DNA of 64,000 nt from an uncultured Gemmatimonadaceae bacterium. Its GTDB lineage: Bacteria; Gemmatimonadota; Gemmatimonadetes; Gemmatimonadales; Gemmatimonadaceae. This document shows, piece after piece, positions 48,749 to 59,589 of this stretch. Numbering within the stretch: position 1 is the first letter of the stretch; the number at the start of each line of letters is the position of its first letter. Position numbers and translations under genes: made by a program. The notes under the pieces were generated by a model that was given only the letters and a program-made list of their open reading frames with translations, made no database searches and was not told where the DNA came from. The stretch lies in contig CAWFQK010000007.1 in the NCBI GenBank assembly GCA_963817955.1, forward strand, positions 96,001-160,000, in the 5' to 3' direction.

Positions 48749-50779
48749 CTACTTGCTTCTCACAATCGTGAATTGGACAAGGGGACTTACTGGTAGTCCG
48801 CCGGTCGACCAATCGATCGAGACGGATGCGTTAGCCGGGACGAAGAAGCGCACGTACGCCGCGCCCCCGGCGTCGACGGATAAGTTCGCTGGTGACACAT
48901 CGGACAGAGGCACAACCGCGAGCGGATAGACGCCGAGTGGCTGGTTATTCGATCCCAGGAGTCGCGGGAAGATATTGCGCATGTTCCAGCTCGGTTCCTG
49001 GAATCGCACATCGGTGTTGCCGCTGATGTCGTCCGCGAACACCGAGGTCGCCCAGTCGCGGATCTGCGTCAGGTAATTCGATCCAAAAACGTTCACGAGG
49101 TTCTTCTGCCCCGTGGCCGTAGTGTTCACGAGCAGCGACCAGGTGTCCGCGTCCGACGAGCCGCGATGATCGGCGAGATACCGCAACAAGTTCCACGTTG
49201 CCCCGCGCGTTTCCAGCGAGTCATTGCCGGCATAGACGGATGTTTGCGACGGCTTGCCGATGAAGATCTCGAATCGGCCGAAGTTGTTGCCCTGGTAGTT
49301 GTTGAACGCGTCTGCCGCCGTCTGGCTTGCACCGAGGACGCTGGCCGTGATGTTCTGCCGCGGTGCCAGGCCCGATACGCGATAGTACAATAACTCTTCG
49401 GCAATGTGGCTCAGTCCCTCGTTGAGCCATACATCCTCGAACGCATTGGCATTGTTCACATACAGGCGCCGGCCGGCGTTGATGAGATGCTGATACTCAT
49501 GCGCCAGCGTGCCGATCGCATCATTCAAGACGGCCGTCTTTTGTCGGGCATCGCCGAAGACCCCGTTAGGATCCGGCACGAGCACGTAGAACATCTCACC
49601 GAAATTGCTCGTCGGGCAGCCTTGCAGCGTCTGCGTGCTCGTCAGCGGGAATAAGTCGCGCTCGAAAAAGAAGCCGCCGATCACGCCGCCGCTCCCGCGT
49701 GGCGTGAGCTTGTTCACCTCCTTGGTGAACAAGATGAGAATCTTGCCGTTCTTGTCGATGTCCGTCGGTTGTCCGAACGCTTGCGTGTCGAGCGGATTGA
49801 TCAGTGTGTCGAACGTGGTGGCGAACGATTGGTAGTCCGCGTCGGTAAAGCCGTTTGCCGGATTGGACGTGTCGGCGACGACGATTGCGGTGTTCGACTG
49901 AGAGACGACGCGAGCGCCGACGTTGATTGGGCTCGTACACGCCTGTATGCCATTGGCGTTGAGCGTGAGGATCTGCCCATTCGTCACAGTTGACGGAATG
50001 ACGTTGAACGCCGCCCCCCTTTGTCGCATCCATGCGCGTGCCGCCGGCATCATCGGCGTCAGCTCACGGCGCGCCGTGTTGCGCAGTTGCGCGTCGAATG
50101 CCGCCTGAAGCGTATTCACTCGCGGCGCGGCTCCGCCGACACCCGGTATTGTCTGAAGGCTCGGCGTGATATTCGCAGTCGACACTGCCGTGGCGCCGCC
50201 GTGCGATTGAACGGAGAGCGACGCGATATTGGAGCTGTCGGGGTTGCCATTGAACACCACCAGCGCGTATTCAGCGCCAGCCGCTCCCCCGCCCAGACAG
50301 ATCCCGGTGCCGGCTACGCCAGGCAGCACTCCGCCAGCCGCCGGGGTGGTAGGCGTCGCGCCCTGACAGGCAATACTCGTGGACGTCGATCCCGCGGTCA
50401 CGGTGAATGTGGCGACGAGGCCAGTGCCCGCAACGGTCGCCGTGATGGAGACGTTGCCCGGCGATGACCCGAGCGAGACCTGCGTCTGCGCCTGGCCAAG
50501 GGAGTCGGTGACGGCACTCGCCGGCACTACCGTCGCTGTGCCGCTTGTCACTGCGAACGCCACGGTCACACCTTTTTCGGCGGTCCCGCTGGATGTCACA
50601 CGCACAGTGAGCGGCACGGCCAGCGTCGTGCCAATCAGGCCGACCTGCCCGTTGCCGGAGACAATGCTCACCGCCGACGGTGTCACGATCGGGCCGTTTG
50701 GCTCGGATCCGCCCCCGCACGCTGCGATCGCGGCCATTGAAAAAAGCGACAGTGCCCCGCGAATGCGAGGAGCGAACAT
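48749..50779 (-). CDS. Lipoprotein with Ig-like domain and zinc metallopeptidase domain (M30-like)
   Basis: RBS ggagg; lipobox IAAC; LAHEYQH...WLNEGLSH. Confidence 0.8.
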   Translation of the reverse strand: MFAPRIRGALSLFSMAAIAACGGGSEPNGPIVTPSAVSIVSGNGQVGLIGTTLAVPLTVRVTSSGTAEKGVTVAFAVTSGTATVVPASAVTDSLGQAQTQVSLGSSPGNVSITATVAGTGLVATFTVTAGSTSTSIACQGATPTTPAAGGVLPGVAGTGICLGGGAAGAEYALVVFNGNPDSSNIASLSVQSHGGATAVSTANITPSLQTIPGVGGAAPRVNTLQAAFDAQLRNTARRELTPMMPAARAWMRQRGAAFNVIPSTVTNGQILTLNANGIQACTSPINVGARVVSQSNTAIVVADTSNPANGFTDADYQSFATTFDTLINPLDTQAFGQPTDIDKNGKILILFTKEVNKLTPRGSGGVIGGFFFERDLFPLTSTQTLQGCPTSNFGEMFYVLVPDPNGVFGDARQKTAVLNDAIGTLAHEYQHLINAGRRLYVNNANAFEDVWLNEGLSHIAEELLYYRVSGLAPRQNITASVLGASQTAADAFNNYQGNNFGRFEIFIGKPSQTSVYAGNDSLETRGATWNLLRYLADHRGSSDADTWSLLVNTTATGQKNLVNVFGSNYLTQIRDWATSVFADDISGNTDVRFQEPSWNMRNIFPRLLGSNNQPLGVYPLAVVPLSDVSPANLSVDAGGAAYVRFFVPANASVSIDWSTGGLPVSPLVQFTIVRSK

Positions 50780-50816
50780 TGAACCTCCTATCTGCGTTGC
50801 GGAACGCAACATTCTG

Positions 50817-52118
50817 TCAAGCCGCTGGTGCAGCCTCGGTTGCGCGCGTTGGCCTTGTGTACTCTTCCATACCCAGCCCTAGGAGAATCGTGCCAGCGAC
50901 GAGTCCGGCTGAGACGAAGAAAGGTAGTTCGGGAAACCGATCGAACGCCCATCCTGCCACGATGGGGAATATTACTCGGGCCGTACCTCCAAAGGTCTGC
51001 TGGACTCCCATATACAAACCGCGCTCGCTGCTAAGTATGACACGCGAGAGCATAGCCGTCACACATGGAAAGGTGAACGCAGTTCCGAGGGGTAGTAACG
51101 CAACCGCCAGGGCGAGCGGCAAATAGGGCAGGATGGCAATTGCCGAAACCGGCAAAATGCCACCCAGCTTGGCGGCGAACGCCGCGGGGTTGCTCATGCG
51201 GTGCATGAACGGCATAGCCGCCAACCCGAGCGCGAGCAGGGCCTGGCCCAGCCGAGACAGGCGTGCCTCGCCAAATCTGTCCACCGCCCACCCCAAGATG
51301 AGCGCTCGAGTCAGCACCGAAATGATGCCGATGTACGTATAGAAGTAGCCAATCGTGTGCGACGTCACACCAAAGCGCGCCGCGAGAAATAGCGCGAGTA
51401 CTGCGTTCAGACCCTGAAATGCGCCAATACCAATGGCGTAGATCCAGATCAATCGAGGCGCGGGCTCACGAGGGTGGGTAATGACATGCACGACGGCCTC
51501 GCGCGATCGGCCGGGCCGGTGCTTTATCAACCGTGCCTCCGTCATGTCGCGCGACTCGACGAGATAACGGCCCGCAAAGATGATATTGACGAGACACAGC
51601 ACCGCCGCCGCCAGGCCGGGGCCATGTCTGCCCAATCCCAGGAATTGCGAGCCGAGTACCGGGCCGAGTGCGACGCCGGCATTGGTCGCCGCGGAAAGCC
51701 AGCCGAGGCCCTTGGCACGCTCTTCTGGTTTGACGGCGTCGGCGACGTACGCCTGAATGACGCTCACGGTTCCGCCGCCCGATCCCTGCACCAGGCGTGA
51801 CAGGAAGAGCAGCCACAGCGAGTCTGCGTACGCAAAGATGACGTAGGCGATCGCCGAGGCCGCGAGACCTACGATGAGCGCAGGCCGACGCCCATATCGA
51901 TCCGAAAAGCGCCCCCACATCGGAGCGCTGAGCAGTTGCGCAATGGAAAAAGACGAAACGAGCAGGCCCACCACCAGCCCGTTCGCGCCAAACGACTTGG
52001 CGTAGAACGGCAGCAGCGGCAGGATCATGAGCGTCCCGACCATGTCGATGAACGCCGTGATCATCAGCACGACGAGCTTGCCGGCGCTCGACGAGGATCG
52101 CTGCTCGTCCCGAATCAT
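50817..52118 (-). CDS. MFS transporter (TetA/DHA1-like)
   Basis: WGRFSDRYGRRP motif A; ~12 TM segments. Confidence 0.9.
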   Translation of the reverse strand: MIRDEQRSSSSAGKLVVLMITAFIDMVGTLMILPLLPFYAKSFGANGLVVGLLVSSFSIAQLLSAPMWGRFSDRYGRRPALIVGLAASAIAYVIFAYADSLWLLFLSRLVQGSGGGTVSVIQAYVADAVKPEERAKGLGWLSAATNAGVALGPVLGSQFLGLGRHGPGLAAAVLCLVNIIFAGRYLVESRDMTEARLIKHRPGRSREAVVHVITHPREPAPRLIWIYAIGIGAFQGLNAVLALFLAARFGVTSHTIGYFYTYIGIISVLTRALILGWAVDRFGEARLSRLGQALLALGLAAMPFMHRMSNPAAFAAKLGGILPVSAIAILPYLPLALAVALLPLGTAFTFPCVTAMLSRVILSSERGLYMGVQQTFGGTARVIFPIVAGWAFDRFPELPFFVSAGLVAGTILLGLGMEEYTRPTRATEAAPAA

Positions 52119-52127
52119 TTTCAGACG

Positions 52128-53009
52128 CTATTCGGCGGGCCGGCCGAGTGCGGCTGGAGCCACGGTCCGTCCCACTACCCCAGCCAACGCGATGATCGTC
52201 AGCGCGTACGGGATCATCTCCACGAATTGCGACGGAATGACCTGCGCGCCCTGCAACTGGATTTGCAATGTCTCTGCTGCGGCGAACAACAGACAGGCCA
52301 GCGCTGCGCGCACTGGATCCCAGCGGCCGAAAATGGTCGCCGCGAGCGCAATGAAACCGCGGCCGGCTGTCATCTCAGCGCTGAATTGATGTTGATCGAG
52401 CGCCAGATACGCACCGCCGAGCGCCGCGAGTAAGCCAGAGAGGCCGGCCGCCGTGTAGCGCACCCGCGCTACGTCAATGCCGACCGAAGTTGCCGCGACC
52501 GGATGCTCACCGACGGCGCGAATGCGGAGCCCAAACGGCGTTCGATATAGCAGCCACGCCACGAAGGCCACAGCGAGAATCCCCATCCCAACGAGCGGAT
52601 TCGCAGCGAGCGAGGCGAATCCAGTGCCGGATTGCTCGGCGCCGAACCCCGGAACCCGAGGCGAGTTCGAGGAACTGTGAAAGCCCAAGCGTAGGAAGAA
52701 CCGCGTCAACCCGATCACCAGCAGATTGATCGCTATACCCGTTACGACTTGATCGGCGCGGAAGCGGATCGCTGTGAGCGCGTAGAGTGTTGCGAGCGCG
52801 ACACCGCCTACACCGGCACCGAGAAGTCCGATCCATGGACTGCCGCTGTAGTAACTGGCCAATGCTCCGCAGAATGCGCCGCCGAGCATGTAGCCCTCGA
52901 GGCCGAGTCCGATGAGCCCCGAGCGTTCGGAGACGACACCCCCGCTGGCCGCGAACAAATACGGAATCGCGATGCGCAAAGTCTGCGCGAGAAAGGCAAG
53001 GAGGATCAT
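52128..53009 (-). CDS. Nucleoside/sugar ABC permease 2
   Basis: SERSGLIGLGLEG; GLRIRAVGEHP; GRGFIALAA. Confidence 0.9.
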   Translation of the reverse strand: MILLAFLAQTLRIAIPYLFAASGGVVSERSGLIGLGLEGYMLGGAFCGALASYYSGSPWIGLLGAGVGGVALATLYALTAIRFRADQVVTGIAINLLVIGLTRFFLRLGFHSSSNSPRVPGFGAEQSGTGFASLAANPLVGMGILAVAFVAWLLYRTPFGLRIRAVGEHPVAATSVGIDVARVRYTAAGLSGLLAALGGAYLALDQHQFSAEMTAGRGFIALAATIFGRWDPVRAALACLLFAAAETLQIQLQGAQVIPSQFVEMIPYALTIIALAGVVGRTVAPAALGRPAE

Positions 53010-54049
53010 CGCCCCCTCCGCAGAAGCCGCCGAACCTCGGGCACCGATGCGGCGACCGCGATGATCACCACCGCCTGCAGCACATCCACCATTTGTTTGG
53101 GTACCACGGCGTTCACCGCGAGGCCCCCCTGCGACATTGTGGCGAACACCAACGCTGCCAGCACCACACCGAGCGGATGATTCCGACCGACGATGGCGAC
53201 GGCGATCCCCAGGAAGCCGGCGCCGGACGCGAATGCCTCTTCGTAGTAGTGCTTGTACCCGAGCACGAAATTCAGGCCACCGATGCCGGCGACCGCACCG
53301 GATATCGTCATCGCGCGCCACCACACCCCCGGAACATTCACACCGCCGTACTCTGCGGCTTCAGGTTGTAAGCCCGTGGCGCGCAGCTCAAAGCCGCGGC
53401 GCGTGCGGAACAGAAACCACCAGGCGACGATCGCCGCGAGCAATGCGACGAAGATCACCACGTTGGCTGCCGATCCGTGAAACGGCCCGACGTACGATGA
53501 CAGGCGTGGCAGCGCGCCGGCGTGGATCTCCGCCGTATGCAGCGTGTCCGCCACCTTGAGATGTGCCGATACGAGATAATTCAGCAGCGCGAGCACGATG
53601 AAGTTCAGCATGATCGTCGTGATCACCTCATGCGCCCCGAATCGCGCGCGCAGCACGCCGGGAATTCCGCCCACCACGCCACCGCCAATCGCCGCCGCCA
53701 CGATATACACCGGCAGCGTGAGCAGCGCGGGCATTCCGGAGGGCAGCAGCAAGCCGACCGTGGCGGCCAAGAACCCGCCTGCGGCGAGTTGGCTCTCTGC
53801 TCCGATATTGAACAATCCCGCGCGCAGTCCGATTGCGACGGCAAGCCCGGTGAACGTGAGTGTAGTCGCCTTGTACAGGACCTGGCCCAACCCATACGCG
53901 TTGCCCCACGTCCCTTCGAGAAGCAGGCGATAGACGGTGCCGGGATTCTGTCCGAAGGAAAGAATGAGAACATCGCCGACGATCGCGGCTACGAGAAGCG
54001 CGACGATGGCGGGAAGAACCGCTTCCTCGAGCGCGGCGCGGTTCGTCAT
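53006..54049 (-). CDS. Nucleoside/sugar ABC permease 1
   Basis: GLFNIGAESQ; HEVITTIMLNF; GFLGIAVA. Confidence 0.9.
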   Translation of the reverse strand: MTNRAALEEAVLPAIVALLVAAIVGDVLILSFGQNPGTVYRLLLEGTWGNAYGLGQVLYKATTLTFTGLAVAIGLRAGLFNIGAESQLAAGGFLAATVGLLLPSGMPALLTLPVYIVAAAIGGGVVGGIPGVLRARFGAHEVITTIMLNFIVLALLNYLVSAHLKVADTLHTAEIHAGALPRLSSYVGPFHGSAANVVIFVALLAAIVAWWFLFRTRRGFELRATGLQPEAAEYGGVNVPGVWWRAMTISGAVAGIGGLNFVLGYKHYYEEAFASGAGFLGIAVAIVGRNHPLGVVLAALVFATMSQGGLAVNAVVPKQMVDVLQAVVIIAVAASVPEVRRLLRRGR

Positions 54050-55617
54050 GCGGCGTGGTCCCCGGCCGCGCCCGTCATGTACGGACCGAGCACCTCCGAA
54101 TTGGCGTCCTTGCGCCGGAGAACCGTGGCGAAGCGGCCGCGGTACATCACAGCGATACGATCGGAGAGCGCCAGGATCTCCGACAGATCGGCCGAGACGA
54201 GGAGGATGGCCTTGCCCGCGTCGCGCGCTTTACGCAGTTGTTCGTGAATGAACTCGATGGCGCCCACGTCCACACCGCGCGTTGGTTGTGCTGCGAGCAA
54301 CACCTGAAATGGCCGGCCCATTTCGCGCGCAATGATGAGCTTCTGCTGGTTGCCGCCCGACAGCGTACGGGCGGCAACCAGTGGGTCAGAGGGCCGAATA
54401 TCGTAGGTCTCGATCTGCGACATCGCGTTGGCAAGAATGCGATCGTGGTCGAGGTGCACGCCCCGCGTGAACCGATGTTGCTGGCCAAGGATCAGATTCT
54501 CAGCGACGCTGTAGTCCAGAACCAACCCGCGCGCGTGACGATTCTCGGGAATGTGCGAAAGCCCGGCGTCTCCACGCTCTCTTACGGACAGCTTGGTGAT
54601 GTCGCGTTGCCCGATGTAAATGGTGCCATGCTCGACAGCGCGCAACCCGGACAGAGCCTCAAGCAGCTCCGTCTGACCATTGCCCTCCACGCCTGCGATG
54701 CCGAGGATCTCGCCCGGTGCCACGCTGAAGCTCACGCAATCCACCGCCGTGAGCCGCCGGACGCCCTTCACTTCGAGGTCATGCACATCGAGCAAAGGCG
54801 TCGACGGAATCGACACACCGCCTGCCGCGGGCGCGGTCTCTTCGACAGGATAGTTCATCGAGAGCTGCACGTCGCGGCCCACCATGGCCTTCGCGATCTC
54901 GGCCGGCGTCGTCGACGCCGTCCTCAATTGGCCGATCGTGCGGCCGTTGCGCATCACGGTGATGGTATCGGAAATCTCCATGACTTCATCGAGCTTGTGC
55001 GTAATGAGCACGATGGTCTCGCCGCGCTCGCGCATCTGCCGCAGCACCTGCCACAGGTCGTGAATCTCGGGCGGCGATAACACGGCGGTCGGCTCGTCCA
55101 GAATCAGAATCCGCGCGCCGCGATAGAGTGTCTTGAGAATCTCGACACGCTGTGCCTCGCCCACGGAGAGATCCGCCACCGTCCGTTCCGGCTGCACCGA
55201 CAAGCCGGTGGTCCGACTCAGCTCCGCCACGTCGCGCTCGGCGCGAGACCGATCGAGTTGGCCGTGCTTGGTCAGCTCGCGGCCGAGCATGACGTTTTCG
55301 GCCACCGTCAGCGTTGGCACGAGCATGAAGTGCTGATGCACCATACCGACGCCGGCATCGATCGCTTGCGCCGTGGACCAGCCGGTGACGTCCGTGCCGT
55401 CTACTTCCATGTGGCCACGGTCGGGAGCGTACATGCCGCTCAACACGCGCATGAGCGTCGACTTGCCTGCACCATTCTCACCGACCAGGGCATGGATCTC
55501 GCCGCGCGCGACCTCGAGCGATGCGCCCCGATTGGCCTGTACGGGGCCGAATGCTTTGTCGATATCGGTGAGTCGAATGGCGAGCGACGGCGACGCCGTG
55601 GGGTCCGCCATCCTCAT
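54046..55617 (-). CDS. ABC ATPase with two NBDs (CUT2 type)
   Basis: GENGAGKS; LDEPTAVL; LSGGNQQK. Confidence 0.93.
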   Translation of the reverse strand: MRMADPTASPSLAIRLTDIDKAFGPVQANRGASLEVARGEIHALVGENGAGKSTLMRVLSGMYAPDRGHMEVDGTDVTGWSTAQAIDAGVGMVHQHFMLVPTLTVAENVMLGRELTKHGQLDRSRAERDVAELSRTTGLSVQPERTVADLSVGEAQRVEILKTLYRGARILILDEPTAVLSPPEIHDLWQVLRQMRERGETIVLITHKLDEVMEISDTITVMRNGRTIGQLRTASTTPAEIAKAMVGRDVQLSMNYPVEETAPAAGGVSIPSTPLLDVHDLEVKGVRRLTAVDCVSFSVAPGEILGIAGVEGNGQTELLEALSGLRAVEHGTIYIGQRDITKLSVRERGDAGLSHIPENRHARGLVLDYSVAENLILGQQHRFTRGVHLDHDRILANAMSQIETYDIRPSDPLVAARTLSGGNQQKLIIAREMGRPFQVLLAAQPTRGVDVGAIEFIHEQLRKARDAGKAILLVSADLSEILALSDRIAVMYRGRFATVLRRKDANSEVLGPYMTGAAGDHAA

Positions 55618-56651
55618 CTCGTACTCGGCACAGTGATCTTTCCTGCGATGATCGCTGCTTTGAGTTGCTCCACGCGCGCCCGCACGCTGTCGGGGATCAG
55701 CGCGCGATTGTGCTCGTCGTACACGTAGCCGACGCCGTTCTGTGCCAGACCGAACGTGTAGATGCCGCCCTTGAAGGTGTGCTGTTTCACGCGGTTGATC
55801 ATGTCGAAGACGGCAACGTCGATGCCTTTCACCATCGACGTTACGATCCGGCCCGGTGCTTCGCTGTATTGGTCGGCATCGACGCCGATCGCGTACTTGC
55901 CCGTTTGCCGCGCGGCTTCGAACACGCCAAGGCCTGTGGAGCCCGACGCGTGATAGATGACGTTGACGCCTTGCTGGTACTGGTTGAGCGCCAGCTCCTT
56001 TCCCTTACCGGGATTGCGGAACGCCTCCGGCGTGACACCAGCGTACTGCGAGATCACGGTACAGTCGGGACAGACGGCCTTTACCCCCGCCTTGTACCCG
56101 ACCTCGAACTTCTGAATGAGCGGTACGTCCATGCCACCGACAAAGCCCACCTTCTTTGAACCGCCGACGAGTGCGGCGATCGCGCCGACGAGGAACGAGC
56201 CCTCCTCTTCCTTGAACTTGAGCGCGGCGACGTTCGGCGGTGGCGGGAGCGGATTGCCGCTCTTGTCGGTGGCGAGCGAGTAGTCCACGTCGGCGAAGCT
56301 TGTATTCGGGTATTCGTTGGCGAGCTGCGTGATATCGTCGGTGAAGATGAAGCCGACGCCAATCACAAGGTCCATGTGCTCGGCCGCGAGCAGGCGCAGG
56401 CCTGCCTCGCGGTCCGTGCCCTCACCCGGTTCGATGAGCCGGATGTGTGCCCCGAGCTCCTTTTCGGCGCGCAGGGCACCGCGGTAGGCACCGTCGTTGA
56501 AGGACTTGTCGCCAAGACCGCCCACGTCGAGAACGATGCCGACGTTCACGCCGTCGGCAGACGCAGGCTGTGCGGCGCGGGAGGGATGGACAAAGAGAAG
56601 GGCCACGTGGACCACGACGAGTGCGGCCACGAGTATGAGCAGCTTACGCAT
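55614..56651 (-). CDS. BMP-family substrate-binding protein (probably purine nucleosides)
   Basis: GGLGDKSFN; FKEEEGSFLVG; IGVDADQ; start MRKLLIL; the longer ORF extension is repeat DNA. Confidence 0.92.
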   Translation of the reverse strand: MRKLLILVAALVVVHVALLFVHPSRAAQPASADGVNVGIVLDVGGLGDKSFNDGAYRGALRAEKELGAHIRLIEPGEGTDREAGLRLLAAEHMDLVIGVGFIFTDDITQLANEYPNTSFADVDYSLATDKSGNPLPPPPNVAALKFKEEEGSFLVGAIAALVGGSKKVGFVGGMDVPLIQKFEVGYKAGVKAVCPDCTVISQYAGVTPEAFRNPGKGKELALNQYQQGVNVIYHASGSTGLGVFEAARQTGKYAIGVDADQYSEAPGRIVTSMVKGIDVAVFDMINRVKQHTFKGGIYTFGLAQNGVGYVYDEHNRALIPDSVRARVEQLKAAIIAGKITVPSTR

Positions 56652-56696
56652 CGGGAAAGATTCGTCGTTTCGCCAAGCGACGGCAAGGCCGGGATG

Positions 56697-57016
<320 letters not shown>

Positions 57017-57033
57017 AGATTAATTTCCCGGAT

Positions 57034-58542
57034 ATGCCGGATCGCATTCGCACTCGGTTTCTCGTCGTTGGCAGCGGTGTAGCCGGACTGCACACCGCCT
57101 GGCGGGCGTCGCAGTACGGCGACGTGCTGCTGCTCACGAAACGGTCGCTGTTCGACAGCGCGACGGCCTATGCCCAGGGCGGCATCGCCGCCGCACTCGG
57201 CGCAGGCGACTCGCCGGCCCTGCACCGGCAGGATACGCTCGCAGCGGGCGCTGCGCTCTGCGACGCCGCGGCGGTGCAAGTTCTGGTGGAGGAGGGACCC
57301 ACGCGAGTGCGGGACCTGCAGACGGCCGGTGCCCGCTTCGATCTCGATCCGGCGGGCAAGCTCAAGCTCGGACGCGAAGCGGCGCATTCGAAAAATCGCA
57401 TCGTCCACGCGCATGGCGACCAGACCGGTGCGGAAGTGGCGCGCACGCTCGTGGCGCGTGTGCGGGAATCGAAGCGCATCACGGTGCTCGAGCGCGCGCG
57501 CGTACTCGACCTCATCGTCCGGAACGGAGTGTGTTACGGCGTACGTGCCAGCATAAAGGGACGCGCAACGGAGATCATTGGCGACGCGACCGTACTCGCT
57601 GCCGGCGGCTGTGGTCAGATCTATCGATATACCACGAATCCGGTAGTCGCCACCGGCGACGGCTATGCGATCGCGCACCGTGCTGGCGTGACGCTGGCCG
57701 ACATGGAGTTCGTGCAGTTCCATCCCACCGCCCTCGACACATCAGAAAATCCCCTCGCCCTCATCTCCGAAGCGGTGCGGGGGGAAGGGGCGGTCCTCGT
57801 GAACAGCAAGGGCGTGCGGTTCATGAAAGCCCGCCACCGGCTCGCGGAGTTGGCGCCGCGCGACGTGGTGGCGCGCGCAATTTTTCGAGAGCAGCGCCAC
57901 GGGCCCGTCTTCCTGGACGCGCGCAAGCTCGGCCGGCGCTTCGCCAACCGCTTTCCGGGAATCTTGGCGCTCTGCCTGGCGCGCGGTATTGATCCGCGAA
58001 AGGATCTGATTCCTGTTACGCCTGCCGCGCACTACATGATGGGTGGCGTCGTCACTGATCTGTATGGCCACGCGAGTGCGAAGCGTTTGTACGCCGTCGG
58101 AGAGGTTGCGCGCACCGGTGTGCACGGCGCCAACCGTCTCGCGTCGAACTCCTTACTCGAGGGGCTCGTGTTTGCTGAACGTGTCGCGCGGGATATGGAC
58201 GAGAACAAGCGACTTACTCGTCTGCCGGCCGTCGGCAGGTGGAAAGTGCCGCCGCTGCCGGACCGTGGCGCGGCTCAGGTTGCGGCGGATGCCATTCGTG
58301 CCGTGATGTGGGAGAATGCCGGCATCGCGCGCACCGCTCGGGGCCTGCGCACCGCTCGTACGAAGCTCGAAGAGATCGGCACGCGTCTGCCGGCTGGCGC
58401 GACAGAGGAGTTGAACATGCTCCAGACCGCTCAGCTCGTCGTTGAAGCGGCACTCATGCGCAGGGAATCGCGTGGCGGCCATTACCGGGCGGATTATCCG
58501 CGCGCGAAGAAAGTGTGGCGTGGCCGGCATATCGAGCTATAG
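57034..58542 (+). CDS. nadB: L-aspartate oxidase
   Basis: GSGVAG; AQGGIAA; EFVQFHPT; HGANRLASNSLLE. Confidence 0.95.
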   Translation: MPDRIRTRFLVVGSGVAGLHTAWRASQYGDVLLLTKRSLFDSATAYAQGGIAAALGAGDSPALHRQDTLAAGAALCDAAAVQVLVEEGPTRVRDLQTAGARFDLDPAGKLKLGREAAHSKNRIVHAHGDQTGAEVARTLVARVRESKRITVLERARVLDLIVRNGVCYGVRASIKGRATEIIGDATVLAAGGCGQIYRYTTNPVVATGDGYAIAHRAGVTLADMEFVQFHPTALDTSENPLALISEAVRGEGAVLVNSKGVRFMKARHRLAELAPRDVVARAIFREQRHGPVFLDARKLGRRFANRFPGILALCLARGIDPRKDLIPVTPAAHYMMGGVVTDLYGHASAKRLYAVGEVARTGVHGANRLASNSLLEGLVFAERVARDMDENKRLTRLPAVGRWKVPPLPDRGAAQVAADAIRAVMWENAGIARTARGLRTARTKLEEIGTRLPAGATEELNMLQTAQLVVEAALMRRESRGGHYRADYPRAKKVWRGRHIEL

Positions 58543-58566
58543 GCGTCCGCCATTACGTTTCCTGGC

Positions 58567-59577
58567 ATGACTTCGCCTCTCGACCAATCTCTCCAAGCCG
58601 ACATAAAGCGCCTTGCTCGCGAACGGAACGCCGTCGTGCTGGCGCACAATTATGAGCGACCTGAGGTGCAGGACGTCGCGGACTTCGTCGGTGACTCGCT
58701 GGGGCTGTCTCGCGAAGCGGCGAACACAAACGCCGACATCATCGTCTTCTGCGGCGTCCACTTCATGGCGGAGACAGCGGCCATTCTGTCGCCGCAGAAG
58801 ACGGTGCTCTTGCCCGACCTGGCCGCTGGCTGTTCGCTCGCATCGACGATCGACGCGGATTCCTTGCGCCGATGGAAGGCCGAGCATCCGGGGGCGGTCG
58901 TGGTGTCGTACGTCAACACTTCGGCCGAGGTAAAAGCCGAGAGCGACTACTGCTGCACGTCAGGCAATGCGGTGGAGGTCGTGAACTCGATCGATGCCGA
59001 AACGGAGATCTTGTTTCTCCCCGACATGTTCCTCGGCGCCCACGTGCGCCGGATGTCGGGGCGGCAGAACATGCATGTCTGGATGGGCGAGTGTCATGTG
59101 CATGCCGGTATCGATCCCGAGAACATTCGTCTGCAACGCAGACTGCATCCTGAGGCGGAGTTCCTCATTCACCCGGAGTGCGGGTGCTCGACGAGTGTGC
59201 TCGAAGCCATGTCGGCGGGCGAGGTCGATCCCGATGGTGTCCAGATTCTGTCGACCGAGGGAATGATCAAGCGTCCGGAACTTTCTCGGGCAGAGGAGTT
59301 CATCGTCGCCACGGAAGTGGGAATTCTCCACCGCCTCCGTCGGGAGAACCCCAGCAAGCGCTTCTATGCGGCCAATGAGCGCGCTTCTTGCGCGTATATG
59401 AAGGTTACCACGCTTTCCAAGGTGCGCGCCGCGCTCATCCACAATCAACACCGTATCACCGTTCCAACGGCAGTGGCCGATCGCGCCCGCCGCGCGATCG
59501 AACGCATGGTCGCCATTGGTGGTGGCGCGGCGCAGCCCTTGTCTCCGACGGCGGATGGCGTGGATCCAGGGGAATAA
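58567..59577 (+). CDS. nadA: Quinolinate synthase
   Basis: LAHNYERPEVQ; FCGVHFMAETA; AGCSLA; HPEC. Confidence 0.95.
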   Translation: MTSPLDQSLQADIKRLARERNAVVLAHNYERPEVQDVADFVGDSLGLSREAANTNADIIVFCGVHFMAETAAILSPQKTVLLPDLAAGCSLASTIDADSLRRWKAEHPGAVVVSYVNTSAEVKAESDYCCTSGNAVEVVNSIDAETEILFLPDMFLGAHVRRMSGRQNMHVWMGECHVHAGIDPENIRLQRRLHPEAEFLIHPECGCSTSVLEAMSAGEVDPDGVQILSTEGMIKRPELSRAEEFIVATEVGILHRLRRENPSKRFYAANERASCAYMKVTTLSKVRAALIHNQHRITVPTAVADRARRAIERMVAIGGGAAQPLSPTADGVDPGE

Positions 59578-59589
59578 CGGAGGGGTTGC